Shown piece after piece: positions 15,201 through 28,800 of a stretch of 64,000 nucleotides of DNA; position 1 is the first letter of the stretch; every line of letters starts with the position of its first letter. The notes beneath the pieces were generated by a model. It did no database searches, had not been told where the DNA came from, and worked only from the letters and a program-made list of their open reading frames with translations. Source of the DNA: Lytechinus pictus (taxonomy: Eukaryota); the NCBI RefSeq assembly GCF_037042905.1, contig NC_087245.1, positions 32,984,001 through 33,048,000 of the forward strand. The letters run 5' to 3'. Both the position numbers and the translations under genes were made by a program.

Positions 15201-18200
15201 ATTTATACAAAGTAGGAATATCTTTTACCCATTAATAGGTTATATTCAAAAGTGTGTTTTTTCTTAATAATATTCATTTATACAAAGTAGGAATATCTTT
15301 TACCCATCAATAGTTTTTTTTTAGATAATAATTTTGGAGTGAAATAGCCAAGGTAAAAAAAAAATGTTGGTTTTCAATGTAAATTGTATCATGAAATTTC
15401 TTTAGCTCTAGTCATTGACCGGGGGGGGGGGGTAGATAAGAATGGAGTATGAATTATCATGAATGGAGCATGAATTATCAAGATATTAGATTAGGCGATA
15501 ATTTGAATATTTCAACCCCAACCACCATCACTGCAAACGTTGTGTCAGAAAACACATCCCATTATAAGTGCTTTCTAAAAATATACTGTTTAGAACCACA
15601 AATACAATTCTTAACATTTTGCCACACACATTTTCGCTCATAAAACCAAACTTTCACTTTTTCAATCCTTTTGAGAATATTGAGCGTGATAGCAGATGGG
15701 TAATTAGTGTTCCTGAACCAAGAATATCACAAAAATATGTGCCATGTAAACAAAGCGATTGCCATGACAACATACCTTGGACCTCTCAAACCTATCAATA
15801 AGATGCGCTCTGTAAAGTCTTGGTGAATCCACTTTGACCGAGTGGAAAGACTAAAAGTAAACGAACAAATTGTAGGTCAGTAGACATGGATCACAATTTT
15901 TATAATGATCATAAATCAACGATGGATAGAACAAAAATATCATGGACCATGTTGGAACCTTCCGGCATAATCCTGGGATTGCCGTGCGGATCAATTAGGG
16001 TTGTGTTTATACGTGGGTGGTGCTTAAGACAGTTCAGGGAATTTCAATGTTTGATGTATTTTGTCTTTATCAAATCACTGAGTATTGTGTGTGATGGAAG
16101 ATATCTATAAATCCTACTCTAGTGCATTATATGAATTGTGAAATTAAAAAAGTAATGCTTCAACTATTGTTATCTTCTTCTTATAAAATCACTTAAAGCC
16201 AACATGTAAATGTTGCGGTCACCGGTAATGATTGTTTCATGTTCTCTCAAGTATTACACAACCCACATTATCAATCATGTCTATATTTATTTTCTCTGCT
16301 TAAATTTATTGGTTGTTTATCTGTGTATTTATCTTCCTTTTAAAGGTCAAGTCCACCCCAGTGAAATATTGATTTGAATAAATAGAGAAAAATCAAACTA
16401 GCATAACACTGAAAATTTCATCAAAATTGGTTGTAAAATAAAGAAAGTTATGGCATTTTAAAGTTTCACTTATTTTTCACAAAACAGTGATATGCACAAC
16501 TCTGTGACATGCAAATGAGTCAGTCGATGATGTCCATCACTCACTTTTTCTTTTGTTTTGTTATTGTTTGAATTACCGGTATACAATATTTCATTTTTTA
16601 CAGATTTGACCATAGGGACCGACTTGACTGAATCACATAGTATTAAACAATGCTAATTCCACATTTTCAGGGAGAAATTGATCACTGTTTCACTTGACAA
16701 TGAGGAGAAACTTAGGATATTTCATATTTCATGTAATAAAATACAAAAGAAATAGTGAGTGGATGACGTCATCAGTCTCCTCATTTGCATACCAACCAGG
16801 ATGTGCATATAACTGTTTTGTGAAATTAAGCGAAACTCTAAAATGTCATAACTTTCTTATTTTACATCCGATTTTGATGAAATTTTCATTGTTATGGGTG
16901 TTGGATTTTTTACTTTTTACTCAAATCAATTTTTTATTTGGGTGGATTTGTCCTTTAATGTTCTATCAATTATTATTATTACAGACCAATTCTGGGTACA
17001 TGTAGCTTGGTCGGGGAGGGAGACCCTCGGGTCACAGTTATCAAGTTAGCTTTTCCCATACCCAGGCAGCTAAGCTACATGTACCCATCTACGGCTCTGC
17101 TTTTATTCATACTTTGTTGAAATTTTATTGTATATTGTAATTGCCGAATTGATAATAAATAAATAAATGAGATGAAAGTTTTCCCAATACAATCCTATAC
17201 ACTGTAGATGTCTGTAGTACAACTGAAATACACAATACTTCTTTAAAAGGCATGTCTTGAAAAAAAAAAACAATTATAAAAAAATCCCATCCAACTCTGA
17301 CCTGACATTGAGAAACATTTTGGCAGTGTTGTAAATTCAATATTTAACACACTCATGATTAATTTGATAATTAAGACAATAATAAAGGGATAACGTACAC
17401 CCATTACATTTATCTGAACTTGTCAATTGAATTAGTTTTGTGCCCCACAGCAAACTCTGCACAAATCTAGTTATTGTTTTCTTTGAAAGTTGCCTATTTT
17501 TTTTCACTGACATCATTTAACAATATTGTATAAAAGAGTCATGTCACATCATAACAACACACTGAAATGAGAGATAAGGATTCAAGAAATGAAGCAAATG
17601 TGAACTAAAGATGGTAGATTAATTTCTTTTGTTTTATCTCTTTTGTTTTATCTTTTGTTTTATCTCTTCCTAGTTCACTTGTTTTATTTTATTGTGCTCA
17701 ACATCAAACACCATTGAGGTGATACCAGTCTTTGTTTTAGCATAGTGTGGTGCCAAATAAGAAACCCTTGAACAATGCATCTATGAGAGGATTGAAGCCC
17801 GGACTTGTATTGTTAGTAATCATTGTAATCTGAGACAGTTGGGCTATTTGGAACTGTTGAGAGCAAGTTTCTATAGTTAATATCTGTATCACAAAGGCTA
17901 TTGTAATGGTGTTGAAGAAAAGCAAGTTATATACAGAGTACCATATATGGCACTTCAAAAGTATAAAAAGAGACTGTGCCATTAGGTCATTGAAAGTTTT
18001 CCAAACGGATCTATATTGTGGTCAGTAGAGAGACACCCTGTGCAGCAAATCAACTCGTTACCATGGCAACACATACCTTAGATCTTCCATGTCTAAAATC
18101 CAGCTTATGTTTAATGGATTCTGGTTTACCTCTATGATAGGATTCAAGAGACTAAAAAAAAAATGAAATAAAAAAAAGCAAAGATGAATGGTTTATCCCA

Positions 18201-21200
18201 CCAATTCTAATCAATTACCATAAAAGAATAATTGACATCATCAATTCTTAAACAAGAAGCGAGACATCTTGTTCAAATCATCACCTTTTTCAGGAAGAAA
18301 TTGTGATATAAACACATTTCATGAAGGACCAACATGTATGTTACTCAATAAGTCTTGTTGACAGCAAGGGAGTGCATTCCCTAGGGAATCGAGTAAGAAC
18401 ATTCAAGAGTATGAAATTTTATGATAGATGTCTAATTTGAATATCAAAACAATTTTTTTTCTGTCATTGATATTGGTCTCTTAGGACAATTTGTGAAAAC
18501 TATAATGAAATGAATCAATAGAGTAGCAAAGTGATGCCTCACAAAATATTGTTTTTGCATTTCAGCATTTTTTATACCATATCTTGGCAAGGCATGATGA
18601 AAAACACCCACTACCAAAAATTTGTTGGGAATCGGTCCATGGGGGCCTTAGATATGACCTCCTGAATACATAATTAGCCCCACTGAAGTCGATGTATTGG
18701 TTCCTGACGTTTAGAACCAGGCCAATTATACATTTGATGTCAATTGGGCTAATTATTAATTCATGACGTCATATCTAAGATATCCAAGGCCCCCATGGAC
18801 CGATTTCAACCAAATTTGGGTTGTAGAGGTACATGTATTTCATCATGCTCTATTAACATATGGTATCAAAAACGCTGACATGCACAAAACAAAAATTAAT
18901 GACGTCACACTTCGGTACTCTATGGCAATGACAAAATCATAATAAGGGAGAATCAGAAGAATGAATAAAAATGGCCGGAAACAAAGAAATAAGTCTCCCA
19001 TCCACTTGAAGAAAAAGAATAGACATATGTAGCTTTCCTCTTGTCTATAAAAATATAAAATATTTTGGACAAAATATATAAAATACAAAATATTTTGACC
19101 AATCCCAGTTATGTATGTAGGCGTGTACATGACTAATCACTTCCTTTCCATAATGTCTCACTTCAGAAATTTATCGACCGAACAGTTTTATTTTGCATGC
19201 ATCTATTTCCACTTATCATATCAGGTTTCCAAATTAATCATATCAAAATATATTTCAAGTTAATTACAGCTGGTGGAAAACACAAACATCATTTCGTTAT
19301 ATCATTAACGGAGGAGTACAGAGTATGTTATTTACGAATAGTGTGCTGTGGCTATTCATCTTGTACTTTCATTGCACAAAATGCGCAAAATCTACAAATA
19401 ACGAATAAATTTTCAGTGGAAATTTCTCAGTTAATAAAATGGAAGTCACTGTTATCTACCTACTAGCTGAAATTTCAACTTATACCTCCTACCACCACAA
19501 AAAAAATCAAATAAACTCTTCCGACACCCCACCCTATATTTATGAGGATTGCTATGCTAATACAAACGTGCCCTCAGCAAAGTAAATGCTGAGATACATC
19601 ATATAGGCCTGCCATATAACATCTGGCAATGCAAAACACAGACAATGACACAAAAGTTATGTAATCATTCATTCATGAAACATAAGCAGTTTAACGTTAG
19701 TCAAACTCAATCAAAAGGGTAGAGACCTTCTCCACTTCCGCAGTAATTCCTTTTAAAGTAGAATTTATCTATGCATTAAAAGAATGGGAGATATTTGAGG
19801 GTTATTCTGCTCATTTACTAATGCTAGAATCAATTGTAGATCTGTTTGTACAGGTGAAGTGCATGCACCAAGTGCTTTTCGAGTGTTTGATAAAAAGCAG
19901 CTGTTGAGGTCATAGCACAGGTGCGAATGTGAAATTTGATCCAATGTTATTAAGAAGAGCTTTACAAATTAGATCTCTGGGTGCAATAACTTTTTGCATG
20001 ATTTAAATGTCCATTTGCTTATTTAGTATAGCTCTAACAAAAAAATATTGGGTAATTTTGCATAATTCAGTATATTCTAAAGTTACAATTTTAATCACCA
20101 GTCACAATAATGAATTCTGTATCAAGAAAATGTAGTGATGCGTATTGCTAATGAGCTTTACCATATCAATAAATAATTGCAAATTTGATTAGAAAATTGA
20201 AATTTTCTCAGAATAATGAAATGCACAGGAAAATGCAGCAATTTTAATTGATTTTTTGTTCCTTTGCAAGCCTTCCAAGGAGTGAGACGTGAATATTTAA
20301 AGCGAATGTGCTTATTTCATGAAATAAATGTCAATTTGGGATTTCTGAATTCACCAGCCATTATACAATCACACTGTGTCAAGACAACTTGTCAAGATAT
20401 AATTTCAGTCAGCGGTTAGGAATCATTTCACAATAATTGATCCACATTGTGCTGCACTCAACCCAAGTGAGGTAAATGGGTACCCAGCAGGATATGCTTG
20501 TGTGCTGTACAAAAAGGCTGGCTGGATAGGGTAATATCTAGACTCTATTTGGACATTGGATATCTGTTATATGAGAACTTGCTATTATCATTATCAATAG
20601 TAAGGATAGTGAATTGTTTCTACATTGTTTACATGGTTGACTTTCTGTTATGAAAATGAATAAATTGCAATTGATTTCTTAATGCAATATGAAAATGTCA
20701 ATCGAACTGATATGAGAGTATGTCTAAATGAAAATTGCATGTATTTGTTTAGCGTTGGAAGGGACCCGGTAAGTCTAAATGCAAGTTCATGAACATTTTT
20801 CTCAATTTTTTTAAATAAATATTTATAACAAATGAATAAGCCCAACTTCAAAGCACATCTATCCATGGAATATCATAATTATATATAAAGTTGTGTCTTA
20901 CTGATTCCATTGCAATGATTACGACCAAAAAATATTCCTGGCAAATTAATGGTTTGTTGTTGATATGGGCTAAAGGAAAACTGAGATATCACAGAATAAC
21001 GCATTTAACATCCTACTGAGCAGTAAAATCATTAAGCAGATCTAAAACTATTTAGAAATGGAATACTTAACAGATGAAGGAATAGACTAAATATCAGAAA
21101 GAAATAAGCACAGATTAGTAAGCAGTTTGCAAGTGAGTAGAGCAAGAATGATGTATCACACGCACAAACACAACATCTCGTTAAAATGGACATGCAGCTG

Positions 21201-22826
21201 GCACTATATTGTTTTTTTACAAGTCATATAAAGAGCAGCGAATTCAAAAAAATAAACACCATGATACCCATTTAAAGCAGAGAAAAGGGTTAAATAATCA
21301 TGCAACAATTGTCAAAGCTGTTATAAACATGAGTAAATATTAGTAAGGTGAAAATTGCATTTATTTTATTTTTAATTATTCATGGCTATCATTTCTAATT
21401 TCATCTTATCATTTTTTTTAAGAGGGGAGTACTGAAACTTGATTCTCGTTTTCTATTTAAGACATTTCAGAATTCAGATGATACATTTTCAACTGCACAT
21501 TTTAATTCAAAATGTTGTTGTGCTAAATATATTATGGTAGAGAAAAGAAACATTTTCTCTAACTGCGAATACAAAGAGATCACTGATGCAACATTAAGAA
21601 ATGCAAGAGGTTTGTAATGGCAACTGGGACTGGTTGCACAAGAAGTCACATTTAAATGCAAATAAAAGCAAATTGAACACAAGTCCTTGCTTCACACTGG
21701 ATGAGAAACAAGTGAAGTTGATTTTCTTCAGGGGCATGTTGTAGAAAGAGTTGTGCTCAAACGCAACTAAAAAAATCAAACGCAATTGTCCCATACCAAC
21801 ATTTCATTGGTTGAAAATTAAGTTTGTGATTGATTTTTGGAGTTACATTTGATCGCAACTCTGTCAGCAACCGGACCCTAAGCGGCATATAAATGCAAGT
21901 TTATGCAGGAGAGCCCTGGACCCTTGACTTATCGTAACTATGGAAATCCTGCAATAATTATCCTCATAATGTTTGTAGAGAGGTTCACTGAAATGATCAT
22001 CATTCATATAATTAATTGATTATGTACATCACTATTTTGGTCAACCATACATGTACATATGTTTCTAATAATATGTCGATAGACTCCAATAGTTGATATT
22101 AAGTGGATCAATCGAAAGTTAGATCTCAGATGTGTGAATGCACATACCAGTCACATTTTTATAGCAAATCTGTAGTCATCTGAACCTGCACAAGCCACTC
22201 ACAAATGCCTGCTGACAGCTCAACAAAAGGGCGTTGAACTTATCTCTTAAAGTTATTAGTATGTCATCGTGAAACATGGAGGTAGAATTATGTAAAGCTG
22301 CATCAATTCTGAACTTCTTACACAGCAGAAACTGCGGTGTTGATTGGTGTATACATAGAGGACATCACCAGTCATTTTACTCTGGTGTTTAGTATTCAGC
22401 GTTAGTTCAACACCCATCATGTTATGACAACACCATTGGCAGTTATTTTACACACTTTGGTGTTATGTTCAACCTCTAGGGTGAAGTTTTGACACCTCAG
22501 GGTGTGATTACAACACCTTTGGTGTTATGTATAATCTCTAAGGTGCAATTTTAACACCTCAGGGTATGGTCCTCTACCAAATGGTGTCAATTTTAACACC
22601 GCAGGGTTTACAATGTGCAATCAGGGGAGTGTTACAAGTGCTACAGTAGCGAATGGTATATTTGTGCTTATAAACACCCATGTTGTCTGCTAGTTTCACG
22701 ATGACATACTACCTTTACAGCTAGCCGAATGAATGCCTTTTCTTATTTTATCGGTAAAAACAGAAGACAACAGTAACGGGACAATACATACAGCCATGCA
22801 GATGGGCATGCAATATCAGAAGGTAA

Positions 22827-22861
<35 letters not shown>

Positions 22862-25800
22862 CACAAACAATTCACATAATGCACATTGAGTGCCATGCAA
22901 ATATATTGGTAGTAGATACAAGAGAGGAAGGGTATATTACAAAGAAGTATTTGAAGAAGAAGTTTTATGGGAAAAATATGACTTTTTTTTTCATTAAACC
23001 ATATGGATGACGTAATAATATTATGAGGAGCTCAGCATTATGGGGAGGGAGGAAGCTGAAATAATTTTATAACATAGGTAGGCATGAACAGGGGCCTGGA
23101 GATTTGATCTACTTTGTATTCAATTTTGCTATCATCTGTAGAAAGAGAATAAATCTCGTATAATGGAGTAAAAGCTAGCAGTTTCCCTTTCACTAAAAAA
23201 AAAATATGTTGCTAAAGTCAGCAATGAATTCCTTTCACTTTTGATCAGACAAAATTCATCTTCCACAGTAAATTACATTATGATATTAGAGCCTATCGAG
23301 AGAAAGGTACATGTACCCCACTTTCATGGCACCACAAATGGTGGAAAAGTAGAAATGAAAACTTTAAATTAGCCTCCAAAATTATCAAGGATGGGAAATA
23401 TTATCTGTTTTGTTTTTGTCGAACTTTGTTTATATTCGCTCGCAAAGGCATGAATCGTGTAGAATTATAATCGAGAATCTGAACTAAATATGAAGATAAA
23501 TTCTGCAAGATTTCGATGGAATTCCCAAGTTATGTCTAGTTTCTTAAGATGTCTGTGAGACCCAGGGAGGGGAAATTTGTAAAACTTCTGGTTCTAAATC
23601 AACCACCTGGGGATAATGGGAGGGTCCCATCAAAATGTTGCAGAATTTATCTTCACAAACTTCAGATTCTTGATTCACAATTCTGTATAATTTGAACAAA
23701 GACTAAATAAAAATAAATAATCTTACTGCTTTTAAAGACATAACCAGTTTGATTTTTCATTTCTAATGATTAAAACATAATTCAATGGGCTTTCGCAATC
23801 GTTTGGTCACAATATATGTTGCACTGAGTCGTACCACCAATTGTGAAAGGGGCTTCAATGGAGGCTCAGAAGCAAGGAAATTGGGGGGGGGGGGGGCGAG
23901 GTCGAAGAATGAATGAGGGGGAGCATGGAGGGGGAAATCAGGATGAGGAAGAGGCACAGAGGAAGGCAGGAGGGGGAACAACAAGCACATATATCATGTA
24001 AAATCCAAGAGCAGTTATCATCTTTAAGAATAAAAAAAAAGATAAATAAAAAGATAAATAAAATTTGTCGAACCGTCATACTAAGACCCTGGAGGTTTTG
24101 CGGCAGAGACATTCTAGCTTCACTCAGTCTTTTCTGTGAGAGGGGGAAAAACGACGCCACAAAAAGCAGCAGCGGAGAAAGAAAAACCATGTCACATCAA
24201 ACAGAATTATATATAGCAAACATCAATATAACACCAAGACCATGCAAATAAATAATGTTAGAATGGAAGTCCTATATATACTAAATAGTGTAGCATCAGT
24301 ATACCGTGATCGACTCCATTCAAATATGATGATAAATACAGGATCTTAAAGGTAGGATATTCATGATATTTCTATTCAATGGAATGATAAAATCTATGGG
24401 AAAATAATTCAAACTTAGTGATGAACTCATTATAGCTTAGCTAACATATTAGTGCATCTAAATTTTTAAAACTGTTTCAATTGTAGGATAATTTGCAGCT
24501 AATTTCTTACTTTTTTTCAGTGAAAGTTTTAGTGAAATGCTTGAATGCATTTAACTATTACATACACTCTTTTAGCAATACATTATAAACAAAACGTTTC
24601 TTTTTAATTGGCAACAGTGAAATTAGCTCACTCTTTTTTAAAACATTCTTTTCATGGTGACATTTCTTGGTCATAATCTGACATACCTGCAAGCATTTTT
24701 TACAAGGATGAAATTTATTAACAACCTTGATGAAAAATGCTTTGTAGAAATTATTTCATTTAGCTTTAATTATTTAATGTCACTTTTCATAGCTGCTTCA
24801 TGAAATTTTTGCAAAAATAAATCAATAAATCGACAACTTAGCAATGATTTATAAAAGCTGATCACCAATTCAATGTGACCAGTGCATTGTGACGAGTTTC
24901 ACTTTAAATCAAAGACTTAAATATTTTCCAAATTATTACGAAAATGGAGTTATGAAAACTTAATGAACAATTTAAAACCAAATAACAAAATCAAAGCTTC
25001 ATCAAAACAGTGCATATAAACATGAAAAGTTTTAAATTCAAAATTCAGGTGCCATTGCTGGATTAGGAGTTCTCACCAAAGCAGGATGGAGGACTTTTTC
25101 ACGAAATGTATTAGTGAATGAAATGACAATGGATACACATGAATGAAAATGTTGTTAGTTACAAATAATGATGCAATGGGCAGATTGTGATGATAATGAT
25201 AAAATGGTGGCAGAGGTGGTTATGATTGAGCATGACGAAAAAGATGATGATGAAAATGATGACAACTACAACAACGATGTTTATGACGAATATTATGACG
25301 ATGATGACTATGACGACAATAATTATGATGACAATGATTATTAAAATTACGATGAAAGTGATGATGATGGTGGTGGGGAAGAGGAAGATGATGATGATGA
25401 TGATCAGATGAAGATGATGATTGATGATACATATATGATGGTGTTGATGTTAATGTTAATGTTAATAAAGCTATCATTTTCTTGGTGATGGTGGCAATGA
25501 AATCATGATTTGAATAGTCATTATCATTCTAACAGCGCTCAAAATAATGCTGTGAAATTTACTCCATATTGTTATATTCATGTTATATATTGTTTCAATG
25601 ATTTCTGAAAGATTCACAAGATTGTGCAATGTCATAATAATGTGATATCTGTGATGAGTTCATCTGCATCACAGAAGATGGTCAGAAGAATGCAAAAATG
25701 TGATGAAATTAAAAAGATAAGTTAACACGATAACTATGCAGGTGAAATGTACATGACCACTGACAGAAGAAAGAGAAGGACATGCACGTACATGTATGAG

Positions 25801-28800
25801 GGTTTATGAAATTAACAAAGGCAGAATGAAACTAAATAAGTTCTTTGTCAATTCTCAGTAATATTCATCCAATGAATACATCACCTTATGAATAACTTCA
25901 ATAGACTATAATTAGATTATACTGTTTTTATGCCCTTTTCTCATCTCATATTGAATTTCAATTATAGAAACCAAAGAAAACCATAATTTAATCCAAAATG
26001 ATATGTTTGAAATTAGCAGGTTGATTAATTACCAAGACAGTTGGTTAAAGTTGATAGAGGATAACTAATTTTCAACTAACAACTCTGATAGGAGCTGGGA
26101 AAGTGGAATGTGACTATTATTAAGTGCATGGAGATGACTAGTGAATGATAAGAGAAAAGAAACAATAAATATCAATCAATGCATCTCATACCTATTTAAA
26201 CACATTTAAAAAAATCAAGTCTGAGAATCAAATTTGTCTGAAATGACAGTATCAATAAAACTGGCACTATTGACAATGAGCAGGGAAAAACTGAAACGGG
26301 TGCTCGGGATAATCTCGCACCTGAAATGGTCAAAAGAGCCATGGAGACTCAAAAGGATGCCCTGGAGCTCCATCCATTGCAATGATATTAAGCTTATCCA
26401 AAGTTGCAGATTTAGGCAGTAAATTGTTGAAGTAACCTCGAAAAGATATATATATATTTATTTTTTTGTAACAATGAGGTATGTGACACATTGAAGAAAT
26501 GAATTGTGGGTGAACACATAAACAAGATGACATGGTGATCACATGGTGAAGTGAGCATGAAAGGAGGGCCAGAATGGAATCCTCAAAAGATGACAAAGAA
26601 CAGAAGGAAAAGTAGAGTGACATGAAAAGGCTCGGCAGAAACAGCAGCTTGGTGCTTTTTCTTTTTCATGACTATGACCACTGAGAGAAAAAATAAATCG
26701 GCTATGACCAGAGAGAAAACGTAATCCAGCCTGCTTTAAAACAGCAAAATTCACCACTAACACCTTCAAAACATCATCAAAAACTCATCAAAACAAGGAT
26801 AACCAACATCAAAACACCTGCAAAACAAGATGACATCTTGACCAAGAAAATGAATTAAATAAATAAAAAAATCATGAAATGGATGGTTACAGCCAGTATG
26901 GTTGCAGGTTGCACGTTGGGGAATAAAAAGGAAAGCAAGGCACAACACCTTTATGGATTTTTATTAAAAAGAATAAACACCGTAAAATAAACGATAAGGG
27001 GAAAAAATGAAATTGGAAGCCAACCGAGAGACTATGTCCGTGTAGGTTGTGCGGGATGGAGAGACGTGCTTCACTGAATCTTTTCTGTGGGGGAGAGAGA
27101 CAAGAAAAAAAAGCCAAGATACATAGAGGGCAGGTGTGTTTGCACTACTACACATTATCCACATCAGGGGTGCTACCACACTTGGTATAAAAAACAAACA
27201 GTGTGGATGAATATACAAAGCACAGTCAAATCAGACTTGCACAGCTCAATGGACAAAAGATGTCACAAGAATTCATGTTTTACATTCATGAATTTTTTTT
27301 CTTCTCCTAAATAACATGTTCCAAAATCAATGCAGAAATTTATTGATATTCAGTTGCTGCACATACATGTTAAAGTATCGCTGCTATGCCAGCTCAATTA
27401 TCTGCGTTAGTTTGGGTTATTCCGTGAAATATTTGTAAATGTAAAATCTGATTTATGAATAAGTGCTGTGTTTATTCATAGGACAGTGTACTTTCAAGTA
27501 AATTCCACACAAGAAAAGTGACATTTCAACAACAGAAATTAGCCTGTTGAATAACAATTGGAAAAGGTACGAGGTGTAGGTTCGTTGTCAAAAAGCGTTT
27601 ACTTGCAAACGTAATTCAGTCCCGCTTCATGTAAGTGAAGGACCATGCATCATTTAATACTGCCCAAAAGTTGCATGAATTGTACCATTCATATTATCTA
27701 CATGTAAATTGATTTCAGACTTGTTAATCATGAGAACGTCATTTCTTCCCATATGGAATTGACTCAAACTAATATTTCAAAACCAACAATAACCAGGAAA
27801 TTTTACATTTACATGTACAGGGCACAAGATATTACACTACAAAGAAGTGATATTTGATGGGGACATTGACAAATTAACAGGTGTAAATATGGGAGCAAAC
27901 TAGAAATCATATTTTACTACTAATATGTTGATAATGACATTACAACATAATGAACAATAGAGGGCAGTATATCCACATTTTTTGTGCAAAGACATGAGAC
28001 TGCATGTATTTCACAACAATTTTTGCTATACAAATCTTCATGAATCTGTATCTACCCAGTACTAAAGGCGATTATAAAAATTACATATCTACATGTAAAA
28101 ACACACAAATGTTCACACAACAATGAAATATGTATTAGAGGGAATTTTGGATTCTTATGAGCAAAAATATTTAAATATATACGACACAATTAATCAGTAT
28201 ACATTAAATTGTTCTTAACTATTATTCCATAAGTAAATGCTTCTACCAAAATAAAAGCCTACTGCAACTAAAATAAAAAGGCCACTTCAATATGATTTTA
28301 ACAGTCAAATAAACAATGCATAAATATCTACACTCGTCATGCATGAAGTTTAAACACTATTATGTATTGTAAAGTACAGAATATACATGTACCACACTAC
28401 CACATAAATTTTAGGCATTTTTTAAATATATCTTATTCATACTAAAACTTAATAGGAAGTAAAGATTAATTCTCACAATAAAAAAAAATCTAATCCATTC
28501 ACAGGCTATTATTGGTGGTTATGATTATGATTATATTTTCCAATTCAATTTTTTAATACTTCACATCGAAACTGTCTGATAACACAGTCAATATAAATAA
28601 TCATTACCTGTATCAGACATCAGGGTCCTGTTTCATAAAACACTTGTTGCAACAACAAATAGACAACAAATTCATTATCAACCAATCAGATTGAACGATT
28701 TCAGTAGCTTTTTACTGTGTTGCAAATTTGTTATCATAACAAGTTTTATGAAACGGGTCCCTGGGCAGGTAATTTACAAAACTGTATTGCCATAGTATTT

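Noticed and set aside
23113-23135. Strong acceptor TTCTCTTTCTACAG in the cassette region
   Set aside because: The phase-0 frame hits a stop after 8 codons and no frame-preserving donor was found
25220-25477. His-rich and Met-rich ORFs
   Set aside because: Translations of a (GAT)n microsatellite
26321-26436. Possible extra exon ending TTCAG|GTGCGA
   Set aside because: Rare GAG acceptor and a phase-2 end that does not fit the phase-0 cassettes; it would need the unsupported alternative acceptor at 10617
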